A stretch of DNA of 64,000 nt from an uncultured bacterium. Its GTDB lineage: Bacteria > Patescibacteriota > Patescibacteriia > CAIQCM01. Position 1 is the first letter of the stretch; the number at the start of each line of letters is the position of its first letter. The notes under the pieces were generated by a model. The model had not been told where the DNA came from and did no database searches. It saw nothing but the letters and a program-made list of their open reading frames with translations. Both the position numbers and the translations under genes were made by a program. Of this stretch, positions 29,167 through 38,949 are shown piece after piece. Where the stretch lies: positions 971,042 through 1,035,041 of the forward strand of contig OY970181.1 in the NCBI GenBank assembly GCA_963708045.1. The letters run 5' to 3'.

Positions 29167-30441
29167 TTATCTATGAAATTTATTCTTTCCACCAAAACGT
29201 CCGCTCGGGCGTTTTTGAAAATAGCCGCCCTGACGTTCATTTTGTGGACGCCCGCCACGAAATCCCGTTCCGTGAGACGGCGCCGGTTTGGCAAAAACAG
29301 CCGGTTTGCGCGCTGGTGGCAATTCCATGGCTTTTGAAACCGGAAGATTGGCGCGGATCAAACGTTCAATTTCCCTAACTTCATTGCGTTCATCGGGCGC
29401 GGCAAAACTAATCGCCCGACCTGAGTGTCCAGCACGACCAGTTCGGCCGATCCGGTGAACGTAATCTTCGGCGTTGTCCGGCAGATCATAATTAATGACC
29501 AGCTCAATTCCGGTTACGTCTATTCCGCGAGCGGCAATATCGGTTGCGACAAGTACGCGATATTTCCCACTTTTAAATCCATCCATTGCATCGCGACGCT
29601 GATTAAGCGAACGATTTGAATGAATTTCGGACGCGCGATGTCCCATACTACTCACATTGTGCGCAATTTTTTTAGCGCCATGTTTGGTTCGCGAAAAAAC
29701 CAAAACTGAACCATGATAATCCGCGAGCAATTTGTCTAGCAAGCGTGGTTTTTCTTCTTTGCTGACAAAGAAAATTTCTTGCTCAACGCCTTCGGCGGCA
29801 GTGCCAGCGCGCGCAACTTCTATCCTGACCGGAAGCTTCATGTGCTTTGAAGCCAAGCGAACAATGTCGTCGGGCATGGTCGCGGAAAAAAGCATTGTCT
29901 GACGTTCGCGCGGCACGGCCGTCAAAATTTTAGCGATCTGCGGAGCAAAGCCCATATCCAGCATTCTGTCGGCTTCGTCCAGCACTAAAATTTTTACGCC
30001 GCTCAAATTCATTGTCCCTTGATTAAGGTGATCAATAAGCCGCCCGGGAGTAACAATGATGATATGCGGATTTTTTCTGACGTGCTGAATCTGCACGTTC
30101 ATTGACGCGCCGCCGATTAAAACCGCGGTGCGCAAGCCAATGCCGCGTCCGATTTTATGAAGCGCTTCGTCAACCTGAATAGCGAGTTCGCGCGTCGGCA
30201 AAACAACAAGCCCTTGTCCTTTTATTTGCGCGAGCCGTTGAATCATCGGGATGCCGAAAGCAAGCGTTTTGCCCGTTCCGGTTTGTGCGATACCGATTAA
30301 ATCCGTTCCAGCGAGAGCGGTGGGAATAGATTTTTCCTGAATCGGCGTTGGGGTAGAAAATTTTAAACGATCAAGCGCGGCCAGTAAGCCCGGCGCGATT
30401 CCCAATCCGTCAAAACCACTTGTCTGTTTATTATTATTCAT
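29167..30441 (-). CDS. DEAD-box RNA helicase (RhlE-like)
   Basis: AQTGTGKT, PTRELA, TPGR, DEAD, SAT, ARGID, HRIGRTGR. Confidence 0.97.
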   Translation of the reverse strand: MNNNKQTSGFDGLGIAPGLLAALDRLKFSTPTPIQEKSIPTALAGTDLIGIAQTGTGKTLAFGIPMIQRLAQIKGQGLVVLPTRELAIQVDEALHKIGRGIGLRTAVLIGGASMNVQIQHVRKNPHIIIVTPGRLIDHLNQGTMNLSGVKILVLDEADRMLDMGFAPQIAKILTAVPRERQTMLFSATMPDDIVRLASKHMKLPVRIEVARAGTAAEGVEQEIFFVSKEEKPRLLDKLLADYHGSVLVFSRTKHGAKKIAHNVSSMGHRASEIHSNRSLNQRRDAMDGFKSGKYRVLVATDIAARGIDVTGIELVINYDLPDNAEDYVHRIGRTGRAGHSGRAISFAAPDERNEVREIERLIRANLPVSKAMELPPARKPAVFAKPAPSHGTGFRGGRPQNERQGGYFQKRPSGRFGGKNKFHR

Positions 30442-30508
30442 AAATATTGATATATTGTTCCTTTTCGTTCAACGATTAATTTATTTAGATCTGAATGACA
30501 TTCGGTAG

Positions 30509-32017
30509 TTAATTTGTATTTGCCGCCGTAATTGACGGGCTTGCGACCGCTACCGACGGCAAGGCATTAGCCAAAGCCGCTGGTGTGGCAAAGAAGCCAG
30601 CCGCCAGCATATCATAAACGCGGCGAAATTTAACCACATAGGCGATGGTTTCGTTTCTAAGCGTACTCGTATTGACTTTATCGCGAAGCGCGAGCGCCGC
30701 GGCACGATCGGCGGTTGCCGTTTTCTTTTCCGCCTTAAGATCGGCAATTTTTTGTTTGGAAAGTCCACCGGCGGCCAACTGCTTGTCAATCTTGGCAATC
30801 CGCGCTTTAAGCGTGTTTGCCTTGGCCGTAAGTCCGGCATACGTACCATGCGACAGCGACCATTCCTCGCCCCACGCCTTGATTGCCTTTTTAACACGTC
30901 CTTCACCACCGTTATATCCGGCGGCTAAATATTCGGCAGCCGCGCCACGATCTTTTGTATAAAGATCTTTAACGCTTGCCGGAAGACTAGCCAAAATCAT
31001 ATCAAGATACGCCGCCTCTGCCTTAACGGCATTCTTGTGGTCAGCCATTCCCGTTACAAAATCAGCAATAAGTTCAAGATCTGGACGTTTCGTAACCATT
31101 AATTTATAAGTTGAGGGAATGAATTGAACCATTCCGCGGGCGCCAGCAACCGAAACCGCTCCGCCAAGTGCACCTTCTTTGTTTACGGCGAGCTTGACCA
31201 AGAAACGTCCGAGACTGTCTTCGGAATTATTTTCTTCAAAAATTTGACCGTCGGCGTGTTCAATAACGGCAATTGATTTAATAAGATACGGATCAACCAC
31301 TTCGGTTAATTTTTGATCGGGAAAAGCCCGCGACATAATCCCCTTTGCATCCAAATCATTAAAGGCGTCTTCTATAAGCGACGAAAGATAGTCCGAGCCA
31401 GTAGCTAATGTTTCTGGCGAATACAATTCTTTGGTGTAAGGAACATAATAGGAAAAGACCGGCGTAAATCGTTTTTTCTTTTTTATTGTGACCGCCACCA
31501 TATCAGCCTGCACTGTTCCCACAACAACCGTATTAGAATCTTCGTCACGATAAGCAGTCTGACTACCGGCCGTGGCAATAATCGGAACAACCGGGCCACC
31601 AAGGTCGGCCGTAAAATATTTTGCTCCGCGCGTGCCGCCATAAACCGTCACCGTGTCGGCATTTTTATCCCAGATCGCGAGCGCGGCCGCGGTTTGCGAT
31701 GTTTTGCTAGTAAGTGGCGCGATTCCTTTTTCTTTCTTTTTAAAATCAACAAGAACCGGTGCGAGCAATTCTTTACCTTTAGCAACCGCCTGAACAAGTG
31801 TCATCTTTTGCAAAAGCGGTTCTTCCGAAACCGGAAGCGGCGCATTTTCGGGAGGCAAAGCAACCGGCGCCGGCAAAGTAGCGTCGTCGGTAGTCGGCGA
31901 TGGTACGGTAACCGGACCAGTTGAAAGTGGCGCGTAAACCGGCTCAAAATAAGCCAAGGCCGAGCGGCCAAATAGCAAAAAACAAAGGCAAATAGCGAAT
32001 GCGAGGATTTGTCGCAT
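30509..32017 (-). CDS. Secreted lytic transglycosylase (SLT domain)
   Basis: Signal peptide; IAVIEH catalytic Glu, SVAGARGMVQFIPST, AAGYNGGEGRV, ETIAYV. Confidence 0.8.
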   Translation of the reverse strand: MRQILAFAICLCFLLFGRSALAYFEPVYAPLSTGPVTVPSPTTDDATLPAPVALPPENAPLPVSEEPLLQKMTLVQAVAKGKELLAPVLVDFKKKEKGIAPLTSKTSQTAAALAIWDKNADTVTVYGGTRGAKYFTADLGGPVVPIIATAGSQTAYRDEDSNTVVVGTVQADMVAVTIKKKKRFTPVFSYYVPYTKELYSPETLATGSDYLSSLIEDAFNDLDAKGIMSRAFPDQKLTEVVDPYLIKSIAVIEHADGQIFEENNSEDSLGRFLVKLAVNKEGALGGAVSVAGARGMVQFIPSTYKLMVTKRPDLELIADFVTGMADHKNAVKAEAAYLDMILASLPASVKDLYTKDRGAAAEYLAAGYNGGEGRVKKAIKAWGEEWSLSHGTYAGLTAKANTLKARIAKIDKQLAAGGLSKQKIADLKAEKKTATADRAAALALRDKVNTSTLRNETIAYVVKFRRVYDMLAAGFFATPAALANALPSVAVASPSITAANTN

Positions 32018-32108
32018 AATTTCTTTTATTATAGCGCAAAGAGCGTATTTTTTCCAGCTTGTGCTAAGAAACGGCCGCGGTTAGCAAAAAACAATATCTT
32101 GTGTTGTT

Positions 32109-33245
32109 TTAAATTTTTCCATCTTTAATCCTTTGTCGGAAATTTTCAACTTGCGTATTCATCCAAAAAACATTGTGTTCGGAAACCATTCCGAGACCAG
32201 TTAGCTCGCGTGCTTTTATGAGATGACAAAGATACGAACGCGTATAGCCAGTACAAATGCGACAGGCACAATTTTTATCAAGCGGCTTCAACTGTTTTAA
32301 ATACATTATTTTATTAAGATCAATCTTGCCTTCGGACGTGAAAGCTGTGCCACGGCGGCCGTAATGAGTCGGGGCAATGCAATCAAAAGTGTCTACGCCC
32401 GCGGAAACGGTCGGCAAAATGTCGTCGGGGTGTCCGATTCCCAAAAGATGACGTGGTTTTTCCTCGGGCAATTCGGCAAACACCCACTTAAGCATTGTTG
32501 TCATTTCCGATTTTTCCGCGCCAAATTCGCCGCCAATACCAAAACCATCAAACGGCAAGCTACCGATAAACTTGGCGCTTTTTATGCGCAGATCTTTAAA
32601 GCGACTACCTTGAACAATGCCATAGAGCGCTTGATTGGTTTTTTTTGCTTCAAGACAAATCTTTGCCCAAGCATGAGTTTTTAAAAGTGACTTGGCAATA
32701 TATTCTTTGTTGGCCGAAGGCGGCGTGCATTCGTCAAAAGCCAAAATAATATCCGCGCCTAATTTTTCTTGAATGCGAATTGATTCCACCGGTCCCAAAA
32801 ATATTTTTCGGCCATCAACCGGCGACGTAAATTCCACGCCGCGATCAGTGATCTTCAGGTGTTGCGGCTGGGCGCCGGTTTTTACCGTCGGTTTTTCTTT
32901 TTTATTAGGAATCTTGGAAGTACCCTGATCATGGCCAAAACCCAAACTAAAAACTTGAAACCCGCCCGAGTCAGTCATAATCGGACGATTCCAATTCATA
33001 AACTTGTGCAATCCCCCAGCCTTAGCCACAATCTCCTCCCCCGGCCGCAAATGCAGGTGATAGGTATTTGAAATAATGAGCGGCGTCTTAACAGCCGCAA
33101 GATCTTCGGATGTAAACATCTTCGCATTGGCGAGCGTTGCCACCGTCACAAACGACGGCGTTTCAATTTCACCGTGCGGGGTTTTAAGAATACCAACCCG
33201 AGCTTGTGATTTTTTTGAACGTTTTACGACTTTAAAGTCAATCAT
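32109..33245 (-). CDS. tgt: tRNA-guanine(34) transglycosylase
   Basis: NTYHLHLRPG, TDSGGFQVFSL, GIVQG, DTFDC, CACRIC Zn site. Confidence 0.97.
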   Translation of the reverse strand: MIDFKVVKRSKKSQARVGILKTPHGEIETPSFVTVATLANAKMFTSEDLAAVKTPLIISNTYHLHLRPGEEIVAKAGGLHKFMNWNRPIMTDSGGFQVFSLGFGHDQGTSKIPNKKEKPTVKTGAQPQHLKITDRGVEFTSPVDGRKIFLGPVESIRIQEKLGADIILAFDECTPPSANKEYIAKSLLKTHAWAKICLEAKKTNQALYGIVQGSRFKDLRIKSAKFIGSLPFDGFGIGGEFGAEKSEMTTMLKWVFAELPEEKPRHLLGIGHPDDILPTVSAGVDTFDCIAPTHYGRRGTAFTSEGKIDLNKIMYLKQLKPLDKNCACRICTGYTRSYLCHLIKARELTGLGMVSEHNVFWMNTQVENFRQRIKDGKI

Positions 33246-33346
33246 ATGAATAAAATAAGGCTACCAGATTATCAACTTTTAACAAAATGACACTATTTTC
33301 GTATGGTGGTACACTATTCATATAATTCACTAAATTTTTAATTAAT

Positions 33347-33598
33347 ATGATGCAGACAAACAGCAGATCGTGCAAGTGCCCACATCACAAGATGGGGCCC
33401 GTTTTAATCATTCTACTTGGATTACTTTGGTTGCTTTCCGCGCTTGACGTCATTTCTTTAAACATCGTTTCCATTACTTTACCGGTCATCATCATTGTGA
33501 TCGGATTGATGGTTCTTTTTCGGGGCGACTGCCCGCGCTGCAACCATGACGACGAAGGAAAGTGCTGCGACACAAAACCGAACGAAATAAACAAATAA
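33347..33598 (+). CDS. Small Cys/His-rich membrane protein
   Basis: CKCPHH, two TM helices, CPRC..CC; followed by a strong terminator. Confidence 0.7.
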   Translation: MMQTNSRSCKCPHHKMGPVLIILLGLLWLLSALDVISLNIVSITLPVIIIVIGLMVLFRGDCPRCNHDDEGKCCDTKPNEINK

Positions 33599-33606
33599 TT
33601 GACCAC

Positions 33607-33640
33607 CAAAACCCCTCCGATAATAATCGGAGGGGTTTTG
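33607..33640 (+). terminator. Intrinsic terminator
   Basis: CAAAACCCCTCCGAT-AATA-ATCGGAGGGGTTTTG perfect stem. Confidence 0.85.
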
Positions 33641-33691
33641 TATATCTAGGCATTTGAAATATATTCAACTAGTCTATATTATAAGAACACT

Positions 33692-34180
33692 ATGACCGAA
33701 CAATACAAACGACCCTCTTGGGACGAATATTTTATGGAAATTACGCAAGCTGTTGCCAAACGCGCGACCTGCGATCGCGGCCGCACCGGCTGTATTATTG
33801 TCCGCAACAAGCAAATCCTCGCGACCGGTTATGTTGGCTCGCCAATGGGGCTACCACACTGCGACGAAGTCGGGCATCAAATGAAAAGCGTTACCCACGA
33901 AGATGGGCATACTAGCCAGCATTGTATGCGAACAGCCCACGCTGAGCTTAATGCCATCGCCCAGGCAGCCAAACTCGGCATTGCTCTGGACGGCGCGACG
34001 ATTTATTGCCGGTTAGCGCCTTGCCCCACCTGCACAAAGACCATCATTAACGTCGGCATTAAACGCGTCGTTAGCGAAAAACACTATCAACTTGGCGCCG
34101 AAAGCGAAGAAATGTTCAAACAGGCCGGCGTGGAAACAAGCTTTTTAAACAACGAAACCGAAAACTATGACAAACAATAA
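33692..34180 (+). CDS. dCMP deaminase (ComEB-like)
   Basis: RPSWDEYFM, HAELNAI, PCPTC. Confidence 0.93.
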   Translation: MTEQYKRPSWDEYFMEITQAVAKRATCDRGRTGCIIVRNKQILATGYVGSPMGLPHCDEVGHQMKSVTHEDGHTSQHCMRTAHAELNAIAQAAKLGIALDGATIYCRLAPCPTCTKTIINVGIKRVVSEKHYQLGAESEEMFKQAGVETSFLNNETENYDKQ

Positions 34181-34724
34181 AATCATCATCGGCATTGTTG
34201 GCGAAATTTGCGCTGGCAAGGGCGCGGCGGCGGCGTATCTTAAAGAAAAATACAACGGGGCGGTTTTTAAATTCTCCACGCCGATGCGCGAAGTTATGAG
34301 CCGGCTCTATGTAGAACAAACGCGCGAAAATCTTCAAAAATTTTCCTTGGCAATGCGCAGTACGTTTGGTGACGATCTTTTTACTAAAGTAATAGCCAAA
34401 GACGTCGCACGTTCGGATTTTTCATTTATTATCACCGACGGCATTCGCCGACCAAGCGATATTATTGAACTAAAAAAACTTCCCGGCTTTCATTTAATCA
34501 CGATTGTTGCTGACGAAAAAATTAGGTACGAACGCGTCAAAACCAGAAACGAAAACCTGAGCGACGCGACTAAGACCTGGAACGAATTCTTAAAAGACGC
34601 CGCCGGAGAAACCGAAATGACGATTCGTGTCATTGCCGCCAAAGCCGAATACACGATAAACAATAACGGCTCGCTTGAAGATCTTTACAAGGCGCTTGAT
34701 GAGGTTATTAATAAAATCAAATAA
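34167..34724 (+). CDS. P-loop nucleotide kinase (dNMP/dephospho-CoA kinase-like)
   Basis: IGIVGEICAGKG, DGIRR, INNNGSLEDL; overlaps the dCMP deaminase. Confidence 0.8.
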   Translation: MTNNKIIIGIVGEICAGKGAAAAYLKEKYNGAVFKFSTPMREVMSRLYVEQTRENLQKFSLAMRSTFGDDLFTKVIAKDVARSDFSFIITDGIRRPSDIIELKKLPGFHLITIVADEKIRYERVKTRNENLSDATKTWNEFLKDAAGETEMTIRVIAAKAEYTINNNGSLEDLYKALDEVINKIK

Positions 34725-34728
34725 ACTT

Positions 34729-35277
34729 TTAAACCCGATAAAACTTTTTAAACGCCTCTTTAAATTTTTCCACCTTCGGCGCGACAACGAGCGCGCAATA
34801 AGATTCATTGGGATTTTTTTCAAAATAATGCTGGTGATATTCTTCGGCGCGATAAAATTTTTGAAGCGGTTTGATTTCCGTCATGATCGGTTTTTTATAA
34901 ATTTTATCGCGTGACGCCGAGGCAATAAAATTTTCCGCGGCATTTTTTTGTGCCGCATTCGCATAAAAAATTGCCGAACGATACTGGGTTCCAACATCGT
35001 CCCCTTGGCGATTAAGCTCCGTCGGGTTATGAATATAGAAAAAAATTGACAACAAGTCTTCGTAAGAAATTTTTTCTGAGTCAAAATCAATTTTTACGGT
35101 TTCGGCGTGCCCCGTCGCGCCGCTTGACACTTCTTCGTAGGTTGGATTTTCTTTGTCTCCGCCAGCAAAACCAGATACCGAGGAAACCACCCCCTTAACT
35201 TGCAAAAATACCGCCTCCAAACACCAAAAACAACCACCGGCGAAATAAGCCGTTTCAATTTTATTATTTTGAAACAT
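34729..35277 (-). CDS. msrA: Peptide methionine sulfoxide reductase A
   Basis: GGCFWC, GHAE, QYRSAIF, AEEYHQ. Confidence 0.97.
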   Translation of the reverse strand: MFQNNKIETAYFAGGCFWCLEAVFLQVKGVVSSVSGFAGGDKENPTYEEVSSGATGHAETVKIDFDSEKISYEDLLSIFFYIHNPTELNRQGDDVGTQYRSAIFYANAAQKNAAENFIASASRDKIYKKPIMTEIKPLQKFYRAEEYHQHYFEKNPNESYCALVVAPKVEKFKEAFKKFYRV

Positions 35278-35283
35278 AAAAAA

Positions 35284-35757
35284 TTAATTCAGCGCGACAA
35301 TCGTAAAATTTAAATACGTTGCGAACGATACCCAAAGAAGGTAGGGAAATAAAAGATACGCGGCCGGACGGGATATTTTCCAGAACTTTATTATTGTCCA
35401 AACGATTGCCAGCCAAAGAGCGATAATTATAAAAAACGCACCCACCGGGCTCAACAATCCGAAAAACGCTACCGACCACCAGATGTTTAAAATCAACTGA
35501 AGAGCAAAGGTGTTTAGTGCCACGAAAACGTTTTTATTTTTAAAACCTTTTTGCCAGATTAAAAATACCGCTACACCCATCAGTGCAAAAAGCGCCGTCC
35601 AAACTGGTCCAAAAACCCAACCTGGGGGGTTGAGCGGCGACTTCACAAGCCCGGCATACCAAACGGGAATACTCGGCATCGTAAAAATAGAACCAACTAC
35701 ACCCGCAAGTTCGCAAATAACAATAAACGCGATTGCGAGTAATATTTTTTTCTTCAT
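35284..35757 (-). CDS. tspO: TspO/MBR family protein
   Basis: WYAGLVKSPLNPPGWVFGPVWT, PYLLWVSFATYLN. Confidence 0.95.
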   Translation of the reverse strand: MKKKILLAIAFIVICELAGVVGSIFTMPSIPVWYAGLVKSPLNPPGWVFGPVWTALFALMGVAVFLIWQKGFKNKNVFVALNTFALQLILNIWWSVAFFGLLSPVGAFFIIIALWLAIVWTIIKFWKISRPAAYLLFPYLLWVSFATYLNFTIVALN

Positions 35758-35770
35758 ATCATTTTAGGTT

Positions 35771-36169
35771 TTAAATCAAAGACGATGAACAAAATCGGCA
35801 TCGTTTGGCATTCGCAGGAATTTCACTCAGACACTCTGGACAAGCTTTTGTTGCTGGCTGAGCATCCGGTTCTTTATGCATTTTGGAAATTAATGAGTTT
35901 ATCGGCAAAACAACCAAAAAGTATACCGACGCCGAAACAATGATGAGCGAAATAAACGCATTTAAAAAATCACCATACAAAAAACTACTGCCGTTCAAAG
36001 TAAATACAAGACCAGAAAAATCCGGCGCTTTAAAGATCGCCGCTATAAGTGGCGTGAGCAAATCCTTTACGAGCGCATTAACAAAACTACTAAACGCCAC
36101 CCCAACAACAACACCAACGGCCAAATCAACAACGTTACCGCGCAAAATAAATTTTTTAAAGCCATTCAT
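35771..36169 (-). CDS. mscL: Large-conductance mechanosensitive channel with C-terminal zinc ribbon
   Basis: FKKFILRGNVVDLAVGVVVG; tail CPEC..CRFC. Confidence 0.93.
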   Translation of the reverse strand: MNGFKKFILRGNVVDLAVGVVVGVAFSSFVNALVKDLLTPLIAAIFKAPDFSGLVFTLNGSSFLYGDFLNAFISLIIVSASVYFLVVLPINSLISKMHKEPDAQPATKACPECLSEIPANAKRCRFCSSSLI

Positions 36170-36216
36170 ACCCCTCTCGTTACCGACTAAAAATTTACCG
36201 TGATCAAATATTGAAT

Positions 36217-36603
36217 TTATCTATAATTGATCGCCTTCCAAACATGCTCAACGATCTGGTCAAGGGTGGTATCGGCTTTGACATAATAATTTGTCACACC
36301 TAATTCAAACACCCGGGAAACATCTTCGGCTTGGTTTAAATTTGTGGCAACCACGACTGGGGTCGTATCGCCGCGCTTTTGCAACTCAGCCAGCACACCA
36401 AAACCGTCAACCTTCGGCATCATTAGATCTAAAATTATCAAATCGTATTTTTCTTTAGACAGAACATCAAGAGCTTCTTCGCCGTTAAAAGCGTTGTTAA
36501 CTTCAAAACCAGACAATCGTAATTTCATTGCCAAAGGCTTGGCAATCATTTCCTCGTCCTCAACGACAAGAATTCTTTTAGGGGCAGCTGTTTGTTCGGG
36601 CAT
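36217..36603 (-). CDS. Single-domain response regulator
   Basis: VVEDE, DLIILDLMMP, TN, VK; no output domain. Confidence 0.92.
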   Translation of the reverse strand: MPEQTAAPKRILVVEDEEMIAKPLAMKLRLSGFEVNNAFNGEEALDVLSKEKYDLIILDLMMPKVDGFGVLAELQKRGDTTPVVVATNLNQAEDVSRVFELGVTNYYVKADTTLDQIVEHVWKAINYR

Positions 36604-36701
36604 ATATTTGGTTATGATTTTAAGAAAAATCTCGTTGAATAATCTTCTTTGCAGTATGGTAACACATTTCTCCCCTCAGGAGAAAGATACGCTATCAACG
36701 T

Positions 36702-37133
36702 TTACTTTTTTGAGTATTTGGCCAAGATTTTACCAATTCTTTCTGTAATTTCATCAAGATGCAAATTAGCCTTAACCCAGTAATCCTCAGCACCAAGTTC
36801 CTTGCATTTTTCAACATCCTCAGGACGGTCGCCTAAATTGGTAAGGATCACGATGGGAAGATTAAGGTATTTAGGATTAGCCTTAACAATTTTGAGCATA
36901 TCCAAACCGCTCATTTTCGGCATCATTACGTCCAAAAGGACAATATCAGGCCGACTCTTTTTTAGGGCAGACAACCCCTCTTTGCCATTAAAACCAATAT
37001 CAAGTTTGTAGCCGGATTTTTCAAACTTTTTTTTATACATTTTAACAACCATTTGATCATCCTCAACCAACAAAATTTTTTTTTGATCAATCCGCTTGTT
37101 TAATTTTCTTTTTACGATTTTACTTTTTAACAT
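36702..37133 (-). CDS. Single-domain response regulator
   Basis: LVEDD, PDIVLLDVMMP; no output domain. Confidence 0.92.
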   Translation of the reverse strand: MLKSKIVKRKLNKRIDQKKILLVEDDQMVVKMYKKKFEKSGYKLDIGFNGKEGLSALKKSRPDIVLLDVMMPKMSGLDMLKIVKANPKYLNLPIVILTNLGDRPEDVEKCKELGAEDYWVKANLHLDEITERIGKILAKYSKK

Positions 37134-37142
37134 GCTAGTATT

Positions 37143-38933
37143 TTAATTTTTTGGAAACGTCGCGTTAAATACCGTTCCTTCGCCCTCTTTTGATTCAAAC
37201 CAGATCCGGCCGCCGCCTTGTTCAACGACAGCTTTGGCAATATAAAGTCCAAGACCACTGCCACCACCAGGATCTAGTTTGGTAGAGTTTGAACCACGCG
37301 AAAAACGCTCAAACATCTTTGGCTGGTCGCTTTTCGGAATACCAATGCCATTATCTTTAACTGTGAAGATTAAGAATTTATCGTCGTTGTTTTTAACCTC
37401 AACCATTACTTTTCCTTTATCCCCCACCGAACTGTATTTTATCGCGTTATCAATAAGATTTTGCAAAACCTGTTTTATCTTCTGGCGGCTTATTTTAACC
37501 ATTGCTAAGGGCTTTTCCGGTGGCGTAAAAAGCAAGGTTACATTTTTTTCTTTAGCAAAAGGAATATTCTCGTTAACAACGTCGGACACCAAACTTTCTA
37601 ATTGAACCGGCTCGGTCGGATAAACCAGCTTGCCCTCGCCAATTTTTGCCGCATCCATAAGGTCGTTAATGAGGTGGATCATTCGCTCATTGCCCATATA
37701 AGTGTCATCAAGCAATTCCTTTTGCTCTTTGGAGATTTTTCCAACATCACCGCCCAAGACCATTTCAAGATTACCTTTAACAATCGTTGCTGGTGTGCGC
37801 AGCTGGTGCGAGGTGATGGAAACGATTTCGGTGCGCATTTTATCAAGTTTCTTTTGTTCGGTAATGTCTTCCATAACGACGACGGCGCCAATGAAGATTT
37901 TCTCAACAATATCACGTACTGGCGACATAAAGAGACGATAATAATTCTCACCAATCATCACTTCTTGGATATTGAGCGGTTTGCCGCTATGGACGTAGTA
38001 GCTTAGCGCTTGAGAAATATTAACGCTGCCCTTGATCTTTTCCGAGAGATCGCTAAAAGAAATATTCTTGGCGCGCGGCTTGCCAAAAATCGTCCGCGCC
38101 GCGGAGTTGGCTAAAATAACCGAAAGACGCAAGTCCACCATGACCACGCCGAGCTTAACGCTTTCAACGAGCGAAGAAAGCTTGCCGTGTTCGGCGGATA
38201 ATTCTTTCATTTTTGCTTCTATCGTCTTCCGCGAATCAAGAATTTTTTTCGTCATTTGGTTAAAACTAAGCGCAAGTTGCCCGATCTCGTCATTTGACGT
38301 GATTTCAATTTCCCTATCGTAATTTCCTTTTTGAATTTCTATTGTGGCCTGCTTTAATTTATAGATATTATTAACCACGACCTTACCCAAAAGCCAATAA
38401 ATAAGCGCGAAGCAGGTTACCATTCCGATAAGCATCAACAAAAGAATAAAAAGTCCATATTCAACAACGCGCGACGTTGAATCAACATTTGATAAAACCT
38501 GATGAAGAACCGCAACCACTTTACCGTTAACAACAAGCGGCGTGATTATTGAGGTGGCAGGTTTGTTATTCATTTGTACGACTTTGACCGTTTCAACACC
38601 ACGGAAAGCCTCGTCAACTTCGGATCTCTCATTATTGGCAATAAGCGGCGCCGGCGAATTTTCCGAAGAATAAACCACCGAGTAATCGCTACGCAGTATT
38701 TCAGCAAGAATTACTTCTTCACCAAGAAAAGACTTAAGTTTTTGTTTGTCCTGAACGGCGTCAAAACTCAAGTCGCCGCTTTCCAAAAGCGCCCGATAAG
38801 AATTCATTCGGCTCAAAAGCAAATTCCTCTCCGAATCATATTTGTTAGAGATCGCAAGCGCGCTGATTGACGACAAGACGAGCAAAATCGGCAACAGTGT
38901 AAGGAGTAAAATTTTAAATTTAAGTCCACTCAT
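37143..38933 (-). CDS. Membrane sensor histidine kinase (2 TM, HAMP, PAS-like, HisKA, HATPase)
   Basis: DEIGQLALSFNQM, SHQLRTP, NLIDNAIKY, DNGIGI, GSGLGL. Confidence 0.95.
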   Translation of the reverse strand: MSGLKFKILLLTLLPILLVLSSISALAISNKYDSERNLLLSRMNSYRALLESGDLSFDAVQDKQKLKSFLGEEVILAEILRSDYSVVYSSENSPAPLIANNERSEVDEAFRGVETVKVVQMNNKPATSIITPLVVNGKVVAVLHQVLSNVDSTSRVVEYGLFILLLMLIGMVTCFALIYWLLGKVVVNNIYKLKQATIEIQKGNYDREIEITSNDEIGQLALSFNQMTKKILDSRKTIEAKMKELSAEHGKLSSLVESVKLGVVMVDLRLSVILANSAARTIFGKPRAKNISFSDLSEKIKGSVNISQALSYYVHSGKPLNIQEVMIGENYYRLFMSPVRDIVEKIFIGAVVVMEDITEQKKLDKMRTEIVSITSHQLRTPATIVKGNLEMVLGGDVGKISKEQKELLDDTYMGNERMIHLINDLMDAAKIGEGKLVYPTEPVQLESLVSDVVNENIPFAKEKNVTLLFTPPEKPLAMVKISRQKIKQVLQNLIDNAIKYSSVGDKGKVMVEVKNNDDKFLIFTVKDNGIGIPKSDQPKMFERFSRGSNSTKLDPGGGSGLGLYIAKAVVEQGGGRIWFESKEGEGTVFNATFPKN

Positions 38934-38949
38934 TTTAGTATAAATTAAT

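Noticed and set aside
35771-36169. MscL zinc-ribbon tail as a novelty
   Set aside because: This C-terminal CxxC...CxxC extension is a familiar MscL variant.
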